Assembly: GCA_032718475.1 (NCBI GenBank)
Contig: JAUCBJ010007855.1
Location: forward strand, 1 to 39,859
Length of the DNA stretch: 39,859 bases
From: Nemertoderma westbladi
Taxonomy: Eukaryota; Animalia; Xenacoelomorpha
Reading direction: 5' to 3'
Shown here one piece after another: positions 1-11,819 of this stretch. The position numbers and the translations under genes are program-made. Each line of letters opens with the position of its first letter. Position 1 is the stretch's first letter. Below the pieces are notes generated by a model. The model saw only the letters and a program-made list of their open reading frames with translations, ran no database searches and was not told the origin of the DNA.

Positions 1-1288
1 GGACATGTAGCTCAGAATCACTTACCTGATTCGGACTATTTCGATCGAATTCAGCGTGCAACAAGATATGATGTTTCGCACCACACTTTGCACACCTTAT
101 GTCAGAGAAACAGGTACGCCGTTGGTGTCCTTGTCTGAGGCAATTATAACATAACCGCTTATCCCACATGACTTCTCGTCTCTCCGATAATGATTTCTTC
201 AGGAATTCATCACACATATTCAAACGGTGGGTCCCGTCGCACAGCGCACATTTCGGTTTGATGTTGCTTACCTTATTTTGGGTAACATTGTGTACACTTG
301 CCTTTTCTTCGGGCTTTCTCACCGGAATTCTCTTGGGAGACGTGGGAGGAGTTTTTCTTACCTGTTCTCTCCTGTCATTTGCTCGAGACTTGAATTTACT
401 TACCTGATCTTTAGGCATTTTATTGACATAATAAGATCTCTCAGTGTCTTTCCCGCTATCTTCTCCTTGAGAAGTCTGGCTTTCGCCGTCGTCTGTATAA
501 CACACTGGTGTTACCTTTCTCCTAGAGACGGGTTTTTCGCTTACCTTGTTTTCCGGTGTCTTCTCTCTGGACAGTTTCAGGAGCTGTAATTTCACTTCTC
601 CATCTAGGAATGACATGAGATCAGCCATGGTAGGGTCTCGTCGTTGTTGTTCCATCATATATAACACTTTCTTATCCCAGCGTGTACCTACTCCACCCTT
701 CGGTAAAGTAGAAGCCACTGCTCTAATAACCATAGCATTCTGATACTCATGAGACTTACCTAGCCAATCTAATTGTCTGCAGATCTCCTGGATCTCATCG
801 GAAAACTCGATAATTCCGCTGCTAATAAACTTTCGGGGCGCTACCAACTTTGCATACAAATACCCAGCGATGTTATTCCTATTACCATACCTGATGTTTA
901 GTGTATCCCAAACTTGTCTTAATCCGTCTGGATGTCCAATAAACTTTAGCGCCATTAACTTGGGAGATCCTTCCAAGCACTCGATGAGGTATCTAAGTTT
1001 TTCTCCATTAGATAGTACAGAGTTCTGTATGTTATCTTTGTAATATTCATTAAAAGGTAACCATTTCATCTCATCTCCATTGAACTTGACGATCTCTCCC
1101 ACCTTTACCGCTTGCCGGGCTTCGGTTCTAGCCATTTGACGCGTAAAACTTTCTTGGGCCATCGTGTTATTTAATATCGAGTTATCGGTATATAAATTTC
1201 TCGGATTATGATCAGTTCTATATGGAATATCATTATCAACAGGTCTATAATTACCCTTAATAGGGTTCACTATAGGAGTTTCTACTTC
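1..1288 (-). CDS. gag: BEL/Pao Gag, C-terminal part (capsid + 3 zinc knuckles), open to the window edge; not in the ORF track
   Basis: Hand translation 1288->1 has no stop: EVETPIVNPIKGNYRPV...ARQAVKVGEIVKFNGDEMKWLPFNEYY...CALCDGTHRLNMC...CYNCLRQGHQRRTC...CAKCGAKHHILLH (knuckles at ~55-250). It is in frame with ORF 3209..5524 across the TSD. Confidence 0.93.
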
Positions 1289-3218
1289 CCGACTCAAACA
1301 GACTACAGCGGCCAAGAATGCAGTTAAAGCTGCATCTAGGTCCCTGAACAGGCAGTACTCTGTTAATCTACAGGAGCTAATAAACCAACAGGTTGATGCC
1401 ATCAATGATGCTGACGACAGCAGGCAATCATCCCAGGCATGGAAATCGATCAATCTGCTTACTGGGCGGAAAAGCCAACCAACCACCAAGGTTAAGGCTG
1501 AATCACCAGCCGATCGCCTCAATGGTTGGAAAGCCCACTTTGAAAAGCTCCTCAATAATGACAGGGTATTGCCTGATAACTTTATAGAAGTAAAAGTGTC
1601 TGAGTCTGTACTCCCAGATATTCCCATTGGCGATATCTCCTTTGCAGAAGTGAAGGCTGCTGCAAAGAGCATTAAGACCAATCGTGCCAGTGGAGTAGAT
1701 GGTGTTCCCCCTGAGGTCTTTAAAATACCTGAGTGTTTAAAGCTCATCTATCCCATCATAGTAGACATGTACCGTACAACAAGAGTCCCACAAGAAATGA
1801 AAACAAATAAGTTGGTGCCAGTTCCCAAGAAGGGCAACCTAACACTCTATGGTTCTTTTCGGGGAATCTCATTGATCTCGATTGCTGCAAAACTATACAA
1901 TAGAATTCTATTAAATCGCATCAGGGATCCCATTGAGAGACTGCTACGTGGAAATCAGAATGGGTTCCGTAAAGGTCGTGGGACCATGGAGCCCATTTTG
2001 GCACTTAGAAGGATAATTGAAGAGTTATCAAAAAAGAAAGACAGGCATCTGGCTGTTATCTTTGTTGACTTCTTCAAGGCCTTTGATTCAGTCTCTCGCT
2101 CACGTATGTTCAGCATACTTTCATTATATGGGATTCCTGATGAAATTATTGCAGCAATCAGATCAGTATACGATGGTTCGACAACATTTGTGTCTACTGT
2201 TGATGGTGACACAGAACCATTTGAAGTGTTATGGGGCGTCCTCCAAGGAGACACACTTGCACCATTCTTGTTCATTATTGTGGTTGACTATGTTCTACTC
2301 ATGTCCTTAGATCATCATAATGATGATGGGGTGATGATAACTCCACCTACTGGCTCCAGAAGTCGAGGAAATCCTGCCAAGTACCTAACTGATCTAGACT
2401 TTGCTGATGACTTAGGAGTACTCTCAGAATCATTAGAGGGAGCCCAGCGGCTCCTCAGCTCATTAGAACATGCTGCTTCTAGTGTTGGTCTTTTTATTAA
2501 CTCCAGAAAGACCAAAATTCTGACAGTTAACTTTGAAAGTCCTCAGCAAGTCTCTGATCGGATGAGCATAAGCTCAAAGGATGGTATGCTTGAGCATGTG
2601 GACGACTTCTGTTACCTGGGATCATGGATCCGGAAGTCAGGTGAGGACCTTCGAATACGTAAGGGAAAGGCATGGCCAGCCTTGAATAGGCTTTCCAGGA
2701 TTTGGAAGTCACCTAGAATTAATCGGAAACTTAAGCTCCGATTATTCAGAGCAGCAGTAGTTCCAGTACTCCTCTACGGGAGTCCATGCTGGGCTCTAAC
2801 TGCTGAGGACACCAAATCTCTGGATGGCACATTCACAAGAATGCTACGCCGGGTACATTGTGTCAAGTACAATGCACACATCTCCAACCAGACACTATAT
2901 AACATTGGAGGTGTCTCATTGGTTCCCCCAAGCTTGACACTAGAACAAAATCGCCTCCGCTTTGCAGGACATTGCTTTCGCCGTGAGGACCAGCCAGTGC
3001 ATAATCTTGTACTTTGGCAGCCTCATGGAGTGAATAAGCATGGTGGACAGCCCATGACTTTCTTGAGACGCATCTTAAAGGACACTGGCCTTAAAGATGC
3101 GGATGATCTAGCAAATGTCATGGGTGATAGGGAGTTGTGGTGGTGCAATTTTGTTGACAAGCCGGCACAGCATTCTTAAAAATGCAGCTGCAATGCAGCA
3201 TGCCGATCCTAGTAGTAG
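1289..3218 (+). mobile_element. 5'-truncated RTE-clade non-LTR retrotransposon inserted antisense into BEL gag
   Basis: Flanked by the exact 32-bp direct repeat TTAATAGGGTTCACTATAGGAGTTTCTACTTC (1257-1288 and 3219-3250). It has a short 3' UTR ending in a (TAG)3 tail and an RT ORF; the endonuclease domain is missing. Confidence 0.93.
1290..3179 (+). CDS. RTE-type reverse transcriptase (5'-truncated, no true start codon)
   Basis: The frame is open from 1290 (RLKQTTAAK...WKAHFEKLLN) into track ORF 1569..3179. Motifs: ASGVDG, PKKG, FRGISL, QNGFRKGRGT, FVDFFKAFDSV, GVLQGDTLAPFLF, DLDFADD, FCYLGS and a C-terminal RLRFAGHCFR typical of RTE. Confidence 0.95.
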   Translation, partial: RLKQTTAAKNAVKAASRSLNRQYSVNLQELINQQVDAINDADDSRQSSQAWKSINLLTGRKSQPTTKVKAESPADRLNGWKAHFEKLLNNDRVLPDNFIEVKVSESVLPDIPIGDISFAEVKAAAKSIKTNRASGVDGVPPEVFKIPECLKLIYPIIVDMYRTTRVPQEMKTNKLVPVPKKGNLTLYGSFRGISLISIAAKLYNRILLNRIRDPIERLLRGNQNGFRKGRGTMEPILALRRIIEELSKKKDRHLAVIFVDFFKAFDSVSRSRMFSILSLYGIPDEIIAAIRSVYDGSTTFVSTVDGDTEPFEVLWGVLQGDTLAPFLFIIVVDYVLLMSLDHHNDDGVMITPPTGSRSRGNPAKYLTDLDFADDLGVLSESLEGAQRLLSSLEHAASSVGLFINSRKTKILTVNFESPQQVSDRMSISSKDGMLEHVDDFCYLGSWIRKSGEDLRIRKGKAWPALNRLSRIWKSPRINRKLKLRLFRAAVVPVLLYGSPCWALTAEDTKSLDGTFTRMLRRVHCVKYNAHISNQTLYNIGGVSLVPPSLTLEQNRLRFAGHCFRREDQPVHNLVLWQPHGVNKHGGQPMTFLRRILKDTGLKDADDLANVMGDRELWWCNFVDKPAQHS

Positions 3219-5524
3219 TTAATAGGGTTCACTATAGGAGTTTCTACTTCGCTAGCAGTATAGATGCGTGTAGGCTCCACACCTTGCGCATGCGATACTT
3301 CAGACCTAACAGGTTGACACATTGTTACTGAGGGTGGTGGTATACCCCTTTGTGTGTTTACTAATTTATCGCGTTCGAGCGCGATACTTTGCTGCACTTC
3401 TTGCAACTCTAGCCTACTTTCCCTTACTGTGCCCTTGAATTGCTGGACAGTCTCCTGCATCTGCCCGAGCAGGAGATCCATCCCCCGCCGTCTCTCATCC
3501 ACCCATTCGACCGCCGAAGCGGGAGTCGCCAACGTTGTAGCGGGCGGACGAGGGACGACGGGCGACAAATTATGAATATTTCGCTCGGGTTCCAGGACCT
3601 GAACTGACTCCTGGGCAGTTCTACGGGGCACAGATAGCTTAGTGCTATGCAGAGGGAATTGAGAGGTAGTCTCAGGGAGCACAGGTGTGTCTATCACCGA
3701 AGGGGTGATTTCAAGAACAGGCCTAATTATTTCAGGCTCATCTACTATAGTAGGGAGTCTTTCTATTTTAATTATTTGGTCTGTGGGCTCTGTACTACCT
3801 AAGTTGGTGTTATTTAGTTGCCTTCTAACAGCTGGAGGCAAATCAGGCAATTTCTGACGGTGGAATGTTCTTTTACGTCTGCTTAGACGAGATCTATTTC
3901 CTTTGCCTTCAGTATCGGTGGTATCGCCTTCTTCAGATGATGTATATCCCTGTCTTTTGGGAGTAGATCGACTCATCATCTGCATATTACTAGCTGTTAA
4001 CTGTTTACTGAAGTCGTCTTGCTTCTCTTGAAGATTTTCCAACTCCAGTTGGGCGATCTCTTCAGCCGCTCTCCGTTCTGCTTCCGCCACCGCTGCCGCT
4101 TTTACCTCTGCCGCTGCCGCTTTTGCCTCTGCCTTTGCTTCTGCTGCTGCCGCTGTTGCCTTTGCCTCTGCTTCTGCTGCTGCCGCTGTTGCCTTTGCCT
4201 CTGCTTCTGCTGCTGCTTTTGTTGCCTTTGCCTCTGCTTCTGCTGCTGCCGCTGTTGCCTTTGCCTCTGCTTCTGCTGCTGCCGCTTTTGCCTCTGCCGC
4301 TGCTTCTGCCAAGGTCGCTTTTCTTTCCGCCTCTGCCACTGCTGCTATCTTTCTGTCTTCTATACGTTTTTTCCTTACTTGTTCTTCTTGTTCTCTAGCG
4401 ATGCGGAGTTGTTCATCGAATTTAGCTTGATTCGCGGCCCTCATTTCCACATCGATGGCATCCAACACAAGCTGAGTTCCTTCGCTATTAGGGCTAAGTC
4501 CATCTAACCTTCTCCTCAGTTCGTCATCACCTAAAAAACGTTGATAGTCCGACAGATAGATGTCAATGGCATCCCTCTTATGTGGTTTCTCTGCCGTCGC
4601 TTCACTTTCCACTTGGGAATAAGTAGCGTCTGTTGATTCTCCATGGGTTGATCGCTCCTCCAGCTGAGCTTTCCACTGAGCTGTTCCTTGAACCTGGAGA
4701 TTCACCCGTTGAAACCAAGCCTTTACGGCAACTTGCAACGACGTGTCTTGTCTTCGTTTAGAAGCCTCCTCAAAGGCCGATAATATTAGCCTGATTCGTA
4801 GAATTCTTTCTCTAACTTGATAAAGCAGCAATCCCTGCTCTTGAGGTCCTTGAGGTTGTTGAAACAGTTGTTCTTTTAATCGCTCTATAGAGCTGAAGAA
4901 TCCCTGTGCGTATCCGGCTGCGGACCTCTTCCACACAGCTGGATCGATGGTTTCCTTGGCTACTCCCATCCGGTGTATGTCTTCCCAGGCAGCTTCTGAT
5001 AAATCAAACGGGAGTCCGGGTCCGGGAAAGTTCCATTGCGACTCGACCATGGACTTCAGTTCTTCCCTTGTGTATCCAGCATAACTATCTCTAGTTGAAC
5101 GCTGGCTTCTCGCCCAATCGATCTGGTGTTCTTCCACAGCGATCAATAACCTAGTGAGTACGGCTGCAGGAAGGATGAGAAGGGGATCTGAATAAGCCTC
5201 ATCCGTCATCCTTGCTCCGCGTTCGGGTGTCAGTTCTACCGTATCTTCACTACTGGAGCTGTCGGGCCGCTGAGAAATAAGTTCTTGGCTCGCGGGTTGT
5301 TGCTGTTCCGCTGCTTCTTGGTTCCGCTTGACCTGAGCTCGAGTGCCTATGACAGACCTACGATGTTGGACCAGCCTAGGTTCTTTTATTACTACTGGAG
5401 GGATGACCTTCCTCACAGTGGGAGGTGAACTGAACTTACGACCAGACGGTTCTACGTCTCTATCTGAGTCGCAGATAGTTACATCTAATAAACTGTCTGA
5501 CAGGTTCTGCTTAGTATCAGACAT
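3219..5524 (-). CDS. gag: BEL/Pao Gag, long N-terminal part (low-complexity/coiled-coil), cut by the RTE insertion
   Basis: The 771-aa track ORF stops only because it reads into the LINE tail. Its end (EVETPIVNPI) is the TSD and joins in frame to 1256->1. Confidence 0.85.
4080..4345 (-). repeat. In-frame 33-bp coding tandem repeat, (AEAEAKATAAA)n, inside Gag
   Basis: Repeats of GCCTCTGCTTCTGCTGCTGCCGCTGTTGCCTTT on the + strand; Ala/Glu/Lys helix in the translation. Confidence 0.9.
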
Positions 5525-5719
5525 GTCTATGTATACCGTTGAATGTCTACTGCTGTATTACAGTCTGAGCAAGTCTAGTAACTCAGTATTAACTGCTAGC
5601 CTAGTAATTAATTACCGATACTGCTACTCAGTGTAGTAGGATATATATATAATATATTAGAACACCGGTATGCTTATAGTATATATAACTATAAAAGTAT
5701 TATTACAGACTAGGTTTAT

Positions 5720-5910
5720 CACAGAATACCGGTATAATTTTAGCACAGATATATAGAAATATATAATAGGCCTATCGGGAATACCGGTATACAGCTTACA
5801 GTTTGTAGTATATATAATTCTGGACTAGAATTAATTACAAGTACCGGTATAATTTCAGCCTAACTTTATAGAAATAAAGATAATAGGCCTATCGTAAATA
5901 CCGGTATATC
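5720..5910. repeat. Degenerate ~116-bp duplication with TACCGGTA and TAGGCCTA motifs in the BEL leader
   Basis: taccggtataatt...tatagaaata...taataggcctatcg..aataccggtata occurs at ~5727 and ~5842. Confidence 0.7.
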
Positions 5911-6844
5911 AATTATTTTAAATAATTGAATTTCTGAATTTTAGGGTTACTTGGTTACTTTACTTACTTTATTACCGCTATTTGAGCAGTAGACCAACTG
6001 ATATGGAGACCTAATGGTTGTATGGTAGGCCTACTATTTATAAATCGTTAGATTTGATTTATAATATATATATACCCGTTTTAATGGGTTTTGTCTATGT
6101 TTGAAATAAATGTTATTATTTCTGGGGAGTAATCACTACACAAAGCGGTGCGCTTTCAGTGAAGTGCTACTTATAGGACACTAAAACAAATAATACTAAT
6201 TTACCTAAGTTACTTAATACTACAAATTACGTACAATTCGGGTGAGATTACAATCTCTAAATAAACACAAAAATTTACAAAAACACAAAATACGAATTTT
6301 CAGGGTAATTTTACAAGAAGTCTACAAACCAGCCTAACAAAGGGTTAGAAATCTGGTTATTACAACGGACAGGGTACTACGGTATTTGAAATAATAAGTA
6401 GTAGTAAATACACTGCGTTGTCCAGATAGGAAAATACCACCGCCTGACGACCTATAGCCGTATCACTATAGGTACTACGTTATGTATCACGGAGTGTCCC
6501 TACCTAGAAGTTAATAGAGCTAATCGAACGTGCCTATTAACCACTTTACAACACAAATATAATGGCTACACTAATTACTTTCGGAAAGCACTGTACACTA
6601 AACCCTAAATTAGGTACGAGTACTTGTACAACATATAATCAGTAGTTAAATATACTTGAACAGCTAAAAGAACCACGGCATCTGCTGGAGTGACCGATGC
6701 ACAAAATCACCAGTCTTTACCTACGCCAAGCAGCCCGTGTAGTACCGGGGTTAATTTAACTATAGCGATATGTATAACAAACACAATTACTGTAGGAACA
6801 AACTTGGGGAATGAATGTTGCGGATAATCGCATAAACTCTGAAT

Positions 6845-7420
6845 AATAAATATTACGCTACGCGTACAAACTACTCAAACAAAATGCAGACCGAACACTG
6901 ACAGACTACTATCAAGCCTAAACAAACTACGGTATATGCAGACTCCGAAATAATTAGGTAGTATGCGTTCTAACCCAGTAGTACGACTTATTCTTTAGTT
7001 GGGGGTTTACCTTACAGCATTCGCTGCCCCTACTTCCTAACCGTTCTTTATTGGACAAGTGATCTACACACGCTGCAATCCGTTCAGACCTAATAACAGC
7101 CAGACAACTATCTAGCCTACAAATTATCTAAATAAATATTATACGCTAGCTACCCGTACAGACTTACACAAACAAAGTACAGACTCAACGATGGCAGACT
7201 ACTCTCAAGCCTAAATAAACTACAGGACATGCAGACTCCGAAATAATTAGGTAGTATGCGTTCTAACCCAGTAGTACGACTTATTCTTTAGTTGGGGGTT
7301 TACCTTACAGCATTCGCTGCCCCTACTTCCTAACCGTTCTTTATCGGACAGGTGATCTACACACACTGCAATCCGTTCAGACCTAACAGCAATCAGACAA
7401 CAGTTCAACCTACAAATTGT
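6845..7420. repeat. ~290-bp tandem duplication in the BEL leader
   Basis: Near-identical ~150-bp cores (TGCAGACTCCGAAATAATTAGG...CCGTTCAGACCTAA) at ~6937 and ~7230, with more diverged flanks. Confidence 0.9.
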
Positions 7421-7827
7421 CTGCACAATCTGATCAGGCTTACACGCCTTCTGTTCAATACTGGCCTACAAATAAATAAAACTGACAGAAATAGGCCTAA
7501 GTAAAATCCCAATAAAAACCAGGCGTCCCCGATTAATTATTAAGACCTACCGGCATATATAATCAAATCGAATAATACTGCTGTACTTATACGGGAAGTA
7601 CCGGTTAGGACAGTTAGGCCTACGGACCTACAGAAGTACCGGTTCTGGCAGTTGGACCTACGGACCTACGGCAGTACCGGTTCTGGCAGTTGGGCCTACT
7701 GACCTACAGATGTACCTTTCAGGTTTACCGGTTGACCGGTACTTTCAACTTTATTGCTTACTGCAATAAAGCAATATCCGTTATTGTTCGCGCTTTCAGA
7801 CCTTTGGCAGTTTAACCCGCCAAATTA

Positions 7828-9053
7828 TGATGTCTTCTAGATAATAAATCACTTTTAGTCTATGACAAGTATTTAATTCACTACACTAGTCGAAACCAAT
7901 CTGTGCGCGATCATTCACCCGCTGGATATACCCGGGAGATTGGGTTCGACGGCTTAATCTTATTGCTATGTAATCCTAATGTATTATTCGACTGACAGTA
8001 TTATATAATCTCTGACAATATTATTCACCTTTGGGGAATATTAACAGTTCCTTTTGGACGTGGCGCTCTATTTATACAAACAGAGTTATGACTTAAACTA
8101 CTCACAATGATATGGCTTAGTTATAATTCACATATATGGCGCATTCTTTAGGAAATGCTTCGTTATCAGTCTCACTCATACACAATGCTGCACAATACTG
8201 CACACTGATCTGCCGATCTTCACTGATTTTAGTTATATATAAAAGGAACACGGACTGACTCATGTAGGGCCTATCAAATAACATTAGATTCACTTCAAAC
8301 CACTTTAACATAAGTCACAATCGTTATATGTAACCTTTCTCTCTTACCTTCGGTATATCAAGAATATTGGGTTTCGGGGTTATTTATCGTTATTCCAAAT
8401 ATAATAATTCATCAACCATATTATGAAGAACTGACAGTAAATAGCAGTATAACAATATAAAAGTATGCACAGTAATTCAGTGTGCGTTAAGTTCATTAGT
8501 TTGATATTAAGTGTTGTGTTTGTTGCATTGGTTTGATAACGGATATATGCCCTTTATAATTAAGCCTACTAGTGTTAGACTAAAACAGAAAAGCACAAAA
8601 TATTTACAAGCCGTTCTCTCCTGGCTCAGGAAAGAAAGACCAACAACACTGAAAACTGATAAGAATAACCTTATTTACAAAGGCTTCCACCCAACACAGA
8701 GAAAGAGCATACAGATAGGAAAATTCAGTTCAGTAGATCTGTGATAGGTCGAAATCAAAATCAACTCAAATTCTATTGGGAGATACTTTCCCAAGCTAGT
8801 TGGACAATCAAACGTAGCCCAGATCCCTTCGCACAGCGAATCAGCCAATCAGCCGGTAGCTTGTGCTATTCGAGTTATAGATCCCTTTTTAGAGTATTCT
8901 AGCGACTGGGGGGGAACTGGTTAGCAAGGCAAACGAATCAGTTATCCCACAAAAGCTTTTACACCCTTGGCCAGGTTTAAATTTAAAGTTAGGAAGTTAG
9001 TTAGGCTTATTATAATTATTGGATACACATTTACTAAATGAGGTTGAATATCA
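7828..9053 (-). repeat. Putative 5' LTR of the BEL element
   Basis: Termini TGATGT...ATATCA. On the minus strand the end is followed by TAATT-TGGCGGG (PBS position). TATAAATA at ~8069-8076 and ATTAAA at ~7872-7877, both on the minus strand. The second LTR is not in the window, so the ends are unverified. Confidence 0.45.
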
Positions 9054-11382
9054 CTGCCGCACGGAAATGGTGTATCTTCAGATTCAGAACCCAGAAGGTG
9101 TCAAAAACTGTTTATAAAGGGATTTTTCATCCTGAAGGTATTCGTTTTATTAGAAGAATGATGTTTTTACTACTAGAGTATCTCTTTTTATAATAACGAG
9201 TGTTGTAATTTATGTATTACAGTATGACATAAAAAACCGGTATTATATTATTGGTTGATTGAATGATAATGATTGGATATACAAAATAAATCAATTAGGA
9301 TATATTAAGCATTTATGTAAAAAAAAAACGCAATCATAAAGGATTATATAACAAGAAAACATTAATTAACCATAAGGACATCCAGTATGGATCCGTCCAA
9401 TATTACTTAGGTGCACTGTGTAGGAATTATTCTAGAGTTATTCTGAAGTTTAGTACTGCCGTAATTTATAAACTGAAATACAGAAATAAATACAATGAGT
9501 TTGTAATAAATAATGTTCATACGGGTTGTGTAATCGGGTTGTGGATTATTTTAAAGTTGTTCCTGAACTGCTGAACATGGTGTAGGCATATACAGTACTA
9601 TAACTCCCATCCCCATGAACATGGTGTAGGCCTATACAGTACTACTCCCATCCCCATGAACATGGTGTAGGCCTATACAGTACTATAACTCCCATCCCCA
9701 TGAACATGGTGTAGGCCTATACAGTACTACTCCCATCCCCATGAACATGGTGTAGGCCTATAGAATACTATAACTCCCATCCCCATGAACATGGTGTAGG
9801 CCTATAGAATACTATAACTCCCATCCCCATGAACATGGTGTAGGCCTATACAGTACTATAACTCCCATCCCCATGAACATGGTGTAGGCCTATACAGTAC
9901 TACTCCCATCCCCATGAACATGGTGTAGGCCTATACAGTACTATAACTCCCATCCCCATGAACATGGTGTAGGCCTATACAGTACTACTCCCATCCCCAT
10001 GAACATGGTGTAGGCATATACAGTACTATAACTCCCATCCCCATGAACATGGTGTAGGCCTATACAGTACTACTCCCATCCCCATGAACATGGTGTAGGC
10101 CTATACAGTACTATAACTCCCATCCCCATGAACATGGTGTAGGCCTATACAGTACTACTCCCATCCCCATGAACATGGTGTAGGCCTATAGAATACTATA
10201 ACTCCCATCCCCATGAACATGGTGTAGGCCTATAGAATACTATAACTCCCATCCCCATGAACATGGTGTAGGCCTATACAGTACTATAACTCCCATCCCC
10301 ATGAACATGGTGTAGGCCTATACAGTACTACTCCCATCCCCATGAACATGGTGTAGGCATATACAGTACTATAACTCCCATCCCCATGAACATGGTGTAG
10401 GCCTATAGAATACTATAACTCCCATCCCCATGAACATGGTGTAGGCCTATACAGTACTATAACTCCCATCCCCATGAACATGGTGTAGGCCTATAGAATA
10501 CTATAACTCCCATCCCCATGAACATGGTGTAGGCCTATACAGTACTATAACTCCCATCCCCATGAACATGGTGTAGGCCTATACAGTACTATAACTCCCA
10601 TCCCCATGAACATGGTGTAGGCCTATAGAATACTATAACTCCCATCCCCATGAACATGGTGTAGGCCTATACAGTACTATAACTCCCATCCCCATGAACA
10701 TGGTGTAGGCCTATACAGTACTATAACTCCCATCCCCATGAACATGGTGTAGGCCTATAGAATACTATAACTCCCATCCCCATGAACATGGTGTAGGCCT
10801 ATACAGTACTATAACTCCCATCCCCATGAACATGATGTAGGCCTATACAGTACTATAACTCCCATCCCCATGAACGAACATGGTGTAGGCCTATACAGTA
10901 CTATGACTCCCATCCCCATGAACATGGTGTAGGCCTATACAGTACTATAACTCCCATCCCCATGAACATGGTGTAGGCCTATAGAATACTATAACTCCCA
11001 TCCCCATGAACATGGTGTAGGCCTATACAGTACTATAACTCCCATCCCCATGAACATGGTGTAGGCCAATACAGTACTATAACTCCCATCCCCATGAACA
11101 TGGTGTAGGCCTATAGAATACTATAACTCCCATCCCCATGAACATGGTGTAGGCCTATAGAATACTATAACTCCCATCCCCATGAATATGGTGTAGGCCT
11201 ATACAGTACTATAACTCCCATCCCCATGAACATGGTGTAGGCCTATAGAATACTATAACTCCCATCCCCATGAACATGGTGTAGGCCTATACAGTACTAT
11301 AACTCCCATCCCCATGAACATGGTGTAGGCCAATACAGTACTATAACTCCCATCCCCATGAACATGGTGTAGGCCTATACAG

Positions 11383-11383
<1 letters not shown>

Positions 11384-11416
<33 letters not shown>

Positions 11417-11819
11417 GCCTTATTATTAAAGCTTGTAAAAACAGCTGATGCACATCAGATCGCATATGTAGCAACCACCACCAACAACCAGACAAATATA
11501 CACTGTTAAATTAATACTACAGTTAGTATAGTATATGATACTGCCTGACTGTCCTCCAAACTTGGAGGGTTGTTATCCACAGTCGCCTACGCCGGGTTGC
11601 AGTCGGCATTGCTGTGGATGATCGACTCCACGTCGCACCGAACCGGACGCCGCTTAGCTGATCGACAGCCGCGAAGGCACAGGAGGGCTGACCGCAAAAG
11701 GGCGAAACTCAACCTCCTGCGAACCCAAACAACACACTCTGAATAGCGGACCTCGCGTTTGTCAGCCAGTTTCAACGCGAGACGCTTGATAAACTGTGTG
11801 GCTGACGGTGAAGCTCCTA
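11384..11819 (-). mobile_element. 5'-truncated CRE-clade (restriction-like endonuclease) non-LTR retroelement, 3' tail
   Basis: 26-nt poly(T) at 11383-11408 is the poly(A) tail. TSD TAGGCCTATACAG(T) at 11370-11383 and 11820-11833. The peptide GASPSATQFIKRLALKLADKREVRYSECVVWVRRRLSFALLRSALLCLRG resembles the C-terminus of animal CRE ORFs (recognised from memory, not searched). Confidence 0.8.

Larger units (their letters stand above)
1..9053 (-). mobile_element. BEL/Pao LTR retrotransposon, 5' portion (putative 5' LTR, ~2.3-kb leader, gag); runs off the left edge and is interrupted by an RTE LINE
   Basis: Minus-strand translation gives a DUF1759-like capsid region (KFNGDEMKWLPF...EKLRYLIECLEG...WDTLNIRYG) and the BEL-type triple zinc knuckle. 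The right boundary is tentative. Confidence 0.88.

Noticed and set aside
168-743. Short + strand ORFs
   Set aside because: Antisense to the real minus-strand gag frame.
1569-3179. Bacterial group II intron, retron or DGR reverse transcriptase
   Set aside because: The motifs, (TAG)n tail, TSD and 5' truncation fit an RTE LINE.
4019-4507. Cys-rich and Leu/Pro-rich + strand ORFs
   Set aside because: Antisense shadows of the Ala-rich Gag repeat.
9572-11383. 44-mer as a spliced-leader RNA gene array (suggested by the CRE insertion)
   Set aside because: The unit is too short and lacks a clear donor plus Sm-binding site.
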